Shown: piece by piece, positions 58,668 to 62,835 of the stretch | How the letters are laid out: each line of letters starts with the position of its first letter | Numbering within the stretch: the first letter of the stretch is position 1 | Assembly (NCBI GenBank): GCA_041746255.1 | Contig: JBGTHM010000123.1 | Coordinates: 1 to 62,835, forward strand | Direction of reading: 5' to 3' | Length of the DNA: 62,835 nt | From: Fibrobacteria bacterium | Lineage (GTDB): Bacteria; Fibrobacterota; Fibrobacteria; UBA11236 | The notes under the pieces: model-generated | What the model saw: the letters and a program-made list of their open reading frames with translations, nothing else | Databases searched by the model: none | What the model was told of the DNA's origin: nothing | Made by a program: the position numbers and the translations under genes

Positions 58668-59291
58668 TTATTTTTCTTTACCCCAGGTTTTTTTAAGAAA
58701 CCCCTCACGTCCCGAACCCTGGCGATAAAGCTTATAGCGCAAGGGATTCTTTTTGTAATAGTCCTGATGATAGGCTTCGGCGGGATAGAACTTCGATGCC
58801 GGAGTTATTTCGGTAACTATGGGGTCTGAGAACTTTCCCGACTCCGCCAGTTTTTTCCGGGACTCTTCTGCCTGTTTTTTCTGTTCCTCGCTGTAGTAGA
58901 AAATGCCGGTGCGGTACTGGGTGCCCATATCGGCGAATTGGCCGTTATGGGTGGTGGGGTCGATGTTGCGCCAAAAGGCCTCTAAAAGTTTCCCATAAGA
59001 AACTTTGCGGGGGTCGAATCGCACTTGCACCGCTTCGGCATGGCCGGTGGTGCCGGCGCAAACCTCTTCGTAGGTCGGGTTATCCTGGTGACCGCCGATA
59101 TACCCGGAAATAGCGGATTCCACGCCCTCCAAGCCCTCAAATGGCGGTTCCATACACCAGAAACACCCCCCGGCAAAAGTCGCGGTTTCGAGTCCGGCAT
59201 CAGCGCCCGTGGCGTCACTTCCGATATTTTCATCGGCGTTGAGCATACTTACTCCTATTAAAATGAGAACAAACCCTACCATGCGCATCAT
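58668..59291 (-). CDS. msrA: Peptide-methionine (S)-S-oxide reductase with signal peptide
   Basis: FAGGCFWC, PTYEEVC, GHAEAV, QYRTGIF, AEAYHQDYY. Confidence 0.95.
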   Translation of the reverse strand: MMRMVGFVLILIGVSMLNADENIGSDATGADAGLETATFAGGCFWCMEPPFEGLEGVESAISGYIGGHQDNPTYEEVCAGTTGHAEAVQVRFDPRKVSYGKLLEAFWRNIDPTTHNGQFADMGTQYRTGIFYYSEEQKKQAEESRKKLAESGKFSDPIVTEITPASKFYPAEAYHQDYYKKNPLRYKLYRQGSGREGFLKKTWGKEK

Positions 59292-59453
59292 GGGTCACCA
59301 TCCGGGGGTTAAACAATGTTTTGATCAGTAGACGTCAACGGTAATCTGTTACCGGGACGGAAGCGTGAAGGGCGCTGGATATCGGCACTGGTAAGGCCCG
59401 CCAAAGATATTTAATTTTCGAGCTCAAACGCAGAAAAATCAAAGGAAGTAGTA

Positions 59454-60881
59454 ATGAATCAAGCGGATATCGGCCTTATCGGTCTGGCGGTCATGGGAGA
59501 AAATCTGGCACTTAACATGGAAAGCCGGGGTTATACAGTTTCTGTTTTCAACCGCACCACCTCCAAGGTGGACGAGTTCATGGAAGGGCGCGCCAAGGGA
59601 AAGAAGTTCATCGGAGCCCAATCCATCGAAGAATTCGCGAAATCCCTGAAAAGCCCGCGTAAAATCGTCTGCATGGTCAAGGCGGGTCCGGCGGTAGACG
59701 CCCTCATCGCCCAGCTCATTCCCCATCTGGATAAGAACGATATTCTCATCGACGGCGGTAACTCCTTGTTTTCGGATACTATCCGGCGGACCAAAGAACT
59801 CGAATCCAAAGGTTTTCGTTATTTAGGAACGGGCGTTTCCGGCGGCGAAGAAGGCGCATTACTGGGCCCTTCCATCATGCCCGGCGGCACGCATTCGGCG
59901 TGGCTGGAACTCAAGCCCATTTTCCAGAGCATCGCCGCCAAGGTCGGCCCCAACAACGATATCCCTTGCTGCGAATACGTCGGCGCGGACGGCGCCGGCC
60001 ATTACGTCAAAATGGTTCACAACGGTATCGAATACGGTGACATGCAGTTGATTTCCGAAGCCTACGCCCTTATGAAAAACCTGTTGGGCATGACTCCACC
60101 TGAAATGAAGGTGGTTTTCGACGAATGGTATAAAGGACCGTTGGATTCTTACCTCATCGAAATCACCCGTTTCATTCTTGATCGTAAGGATCCGGAGACT
60201 GGAAAATACTTGATCGATTTGATTCTCGACAAGGCGGCCCAGAAAGGGACGGGCAAATGGACCTCTCAAAACGCTTTTGATTTAGGCGTTCCCATTCCCA
60301 CCATGATGGAAGCCGTAGTCGCACGCAGCTTGAGCTCGATGAAAGACGAACGCGTGGCGGCGTCGAAACAATTACACGGTCCCGAGGCCAAGTTCACCGG
60401 CGATAAAAAGACGTTCCTGGCGGCCATTCATGACGCGCTATACGCTTCGAAGATCATGTCCTATGCGCAGGGATTCCAGTTGCTGCAAGCGGCGGCGGCG
60501 GAGTATAAGTGGGATCTTCAATATGGCCAAATCGCCATGATGTGGCGTGGTGGATGCATCATCCGGGCGCGTTTTCTGGAAGAGATCAAGAAGGCGTTCG
60601 ACGATCAGCCCAAGTTGGCCAACCTGATTTTGGCGCCTTATTTCAAGGACGTGATTCACAAGAGTCAGGCAAACTGGCGTACCGTTTTGTGCGAAGCGGT
60701 GAAACATGGCGTGGCGGTGCCTGCCTTCGCATCGGCGCTGAGTTATTTCGATGCCTATCGCAGCGCCAATTTACCCGCTAACTTGCTGCAAGCCCAGCGC
60801 GACTTTTTCGGAGCGCATACCTACGAGCGGGTGGACAAGCCCGGGTCTTTCCATACGGAATGGTTGGAAGGTGTTCGGTAA
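59454..60881 (+). CDS. gnd: 6-phosphogluconate dehydrogenase (decarboxylating)
   Basis: [55 protein letters not shown]. Confidence 0.97.
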   Translation: MNQADIGLIGLAVMGENLALNMESRGYTVSVFNRTTSKVDEFMEGRAKGKKFIGAQSIEEFAKSLKSPRKIVCMVKAGPAVDALIAQLIPHLDKNDILIDGGNSLFSDTIRRTKELESKGFRYLGTGVSGGEEGALLGPSIMPGGTHSAWLELKPIFQSIAAKVGPNNDIPCCEYVGADGAGHYVKMVHNGIEYGDMQLISEAYALMKNLLGMTPPEMKVVFDEWYKGPLDSYLIEITRFILDRKDPETGKYLIDLILDKAAQKGTGKWTSQNAFDLGVPIPTMMEAVVARSLSSMKDERVAASKQLHGPEAKFTGDKKTFLAAIHDALYASKIMSYAQGFQLLQAAAAEYKWDLQYGQIAMMWRGGCIIRARFLEEIKKAFDDQPKLANLILAPYFKDVIHKSQANWRTVLCEAVKHGVAVPAFASALSYFDAYRSANLPANLLQAQRDFFGAHTYERVDKPGSFHTEWLEGVR

Positions 60882-60888
60882 GTTGAAG

Positions 60889-60922
60889 GATTTCAGGAGT
60901 GCCGTCCGGCACTCCTGAAATC
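60889..60922. terminator. Strong hairpin between convergent genes (probable terminator)
   Basis: GATTTCAGGAGTGCCG-TC-CGGCACTCCTGAAATC, 16-bp perfect arms. A second weaker hairpin lies at ~60940-60968. Confidence 0.75.
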
Positions 60923-60989
60923 AACTTGACCCAGTAAAGGGGGCAGTAGATAATATCACTATTGCCCCGAGGATTAAAAATCAAAAATT

Positions 60990-62519
60990 CTACATGTTGA
61001 CTTGTAATCTCGCCAGGTAATACCAGCCATCTTTATGGATAGTTTCAAAATTATAGGGAGCAAAGTCAGGGTTGATTGGCCGAATATGATCCCTGGCAAT
61101 TTGTGCATTCAATGTGAAATATGCACCAAAAGATTTTTGAGCGGAAACAGACCATTTTAAATCATCGTCGGTAAATGGCTCGGTAAGGCTTATGCCCAAC
61201 GTGCTGATGGAAGTAAAATCTATCATTGGCTTTCCATCAATAATGTATAAATTCGTGATAATGGGATATCTGTTTTTCCAATACTCGAATTCAACATTTA
61301 AATGATCTAATAGGCCAAATGTGGGAATGGAAAGGCCAAACATGATTGGCAATCGCTCCATTTTGTTGTCATAAAATACGGGGTAATCATTAACACCAAG
61401 CAGGCTGGCCTCCGCGTATAATTTGAAATCCATTTCGTCTGAAATCAATGAACCGATATCCAATACGCCCATTCCCATCAATAAAGTGCCCTTGAATGTG
61501 TAGTAGTCTTTCGGTGTGTTCGCCCAGACAGTAGGATCACCCACAATGCCTTGGACGAATTCGGACTGTCCTTCCCAATAATCTCTCTGAACATTATGTT
61601 GGTTTCCCAAGGCCGAATCGGCGGCAGTGTTTTTTGCAAAATATACTTTTGCCTGTTGATCATGATATGTCCGAATCTGGAAGTAATAAGCTTGGTCGGA
61701 ATAATAATCCTCTTCTACATTGGTAGCGGGGTTGACCGCCGTAAAGTAGGCATTTTGATTGTTTTTGGGAGTAGTAACAGAGGGGCGGTTCGGTATTAAA
61801 TTCAAAAAATTAATACCAGAACCTAATGAAAGCGGCCCAAGTTTTAATTTAGTTACATAACCTAAATTTATATTATGTAAAGGAAAGTCCGCGTCATTGA
61901 TATAAACCATCAGGTCGTTTTGCCACATTCCATCCCAAAAATCTTTTTCGAGTACGACTCCCTTCAACCTGGCGTAGGATGAATGGATGATGTCCCAAGA
62001 TCCATTTATTGTGGTATTGGGATAGGGGGTTGAGCGAAAAAGATATTCGCCCAGATTTTTGGAATTATCGTTGTATTTATATGGTAACAGCCCGAAGGAT
62101 AATTTAAAGTAAGGGTCTTCCACATCACCGAATTTATATGTAGCGGAAGCTTGAGCTACGGATACCGCGGATACGCGCACCGCTTTGGTGAAAAACAATC
62201 CACTGTTATAGGGGAAGAAGTTGAAAAACATTCCACCAAGGGCCAAAGTTGCGTCAAAATTCTCATTAATCGTGGCTTGCTGATAAAACCAGCCGATTGT
62301 GCGGTTAATCGTGAAGTCCGTGGAGTTATTTTGTTCATAAGCCACTAAATCAGTCATTTGGCCATATTCCAAAGCCAAGCCCCCGCGAATAGGCTTCAAG
62401 TCGATTTCTGAAAAAGAAACACTGACTAAAAAAAGTGATAGTAATAGCGTACAAGACATTTTAGACTTGGTGTTTTTCACAATTCCCCCTTTTAGGCCAT
62501 ACGTTATAGTTCTAAGCAT
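60990..62519 (-). CDS. Hypothetical outer-membrane beta-barrel-like protein (AT-rich)
   Basis: Signal peptide, alternating aromatic beta strands, G..PYKYN..KNLGEYLFRS..YP motif, C-terminal WYYLARLQVNM. Confidence 0.65.
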   Translation of the reverse strand: MLRTITYGLKGGIVKNTKSKMSCTLLLSLFLVSVSFSEIDLKPIRGGLALEYGQMTDLVAYEQNNSTDFTINRTIGWFYQQATINENFDATLALGGMFFNFFPYNSGLFFTKAVRVSAVSVAQASATYKFGDVEDPYFKLSFGLLPYKYNDNSKNLGEYLFRSTPYPNTTINGSWDIIHSSYARLKGVVLEKDFWDGMWQNDLMVYINDADFPLHNINLGYVTKLKLGPLSLGSGINFLNLIPNRPSVTTPKNNQNAYFTAVNPATNVEEDYYSDQAYYFQIRTYHDQQAKVYFAKNTAADSALGNQHNVQRDYWEGQSEFVQGIVGDPTVWANTPKDYYTFKGTLLMGMGVLDIGSLISDEMDFKLYAEASLLGVNDYPVFYDNKMERLPIMFGLSIPTFGLLDHLNVEFEYWKNRYPIITNLYIIDGKPMIDFTSISTLGISLTEPFTDDDLKWSVSAQKSFGAYFTLNAQIARDHIRPINPDFAPYNFETIHKDGWYYLARLQVNM

Positions 62520-62835
62520 TTAGTTTTCCTCTCGGTGGAGCTTATAAATAGACGAGAGAAAATTAGTAAAACAGCAAAATATATCTATAAATTTTTAGAA
62601 TCCTTTAACCGGTAATTATACTCCGTCAATCACGTAGCCACTTGCGTTCGCGCAATAAAGCGATTCTGGTTTTCGGTATTCAAACCTATAGCGTATCAAG
62701 GTTGTCATTCTTCCGAAAGGCGATTCCCAAACGCATACTTATGAGAATTGGTTAGAAAAAACTCGCCTCTGAAGGGGTTGGCATTCATGCCAAAATTATA
62801 GCAAGGTGAGATACGGAAATGGGGTGGCTCCAAAA

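Noticed and set aside
1..62835. tRNA, rRNA, integrase or prophage genes
   Set aside because: None recognised by eye; tRNAscan-SE/Infernal would be needed to exclude small RNAs

Overview
Bacterial chromosomal window, probably from a cellulolytic Fibrobacterota-like diderm (inferred from a CelF/Cel51A-like enzyme and Fibrobacter-type outer-membrane proteins). Positions 1-~14,250 form an accessory island that is AT-richer and compositionally mosaic. It holds an IS21-type terminus that appears to cut into a membrane-protein gene, a HipA-like kinase/DUF3037 pair, and a YeeABC-like methyltransferase-helicase-GIY-YIG defence module with a decayed DUF1016 remnant. It also holds a 4.9-kb cassette bracketed by two near-identical palindromic direct repeats. 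That cassette encodes a 904-aa Hcp-like/OmpA/peptidoglycan-binding/CHAT-protease fusion plus three closely linked unknown genes, and is the best candidate for an undescribed system. The core region carries glk-zwf, an SLC13 permease and a cellulose/cellodextrin locus without SusC/D (cytoplasmic GH5, peptide-type ABC importer, two paralogous outer-membrane proteins, CBM-GH51 lipoprotein, ECF sigma/anti-sigma). It continues with a methyltransferase-bshC-bshB1-bshA bacillithiol operon followed by a diverged bshA 3' scar, an M64-like peptidase, lptD-maf-rodZ-like-hisB, fliN/HDOD/PilZ, a pilMNOPQ...pilB type IV pilus locus with an enlarged PilP, thiL, Hpt, msrA, gnd and an AT-rich outer-membrane protein gene. 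All family assignments are by eye from motifs; no database search was run.
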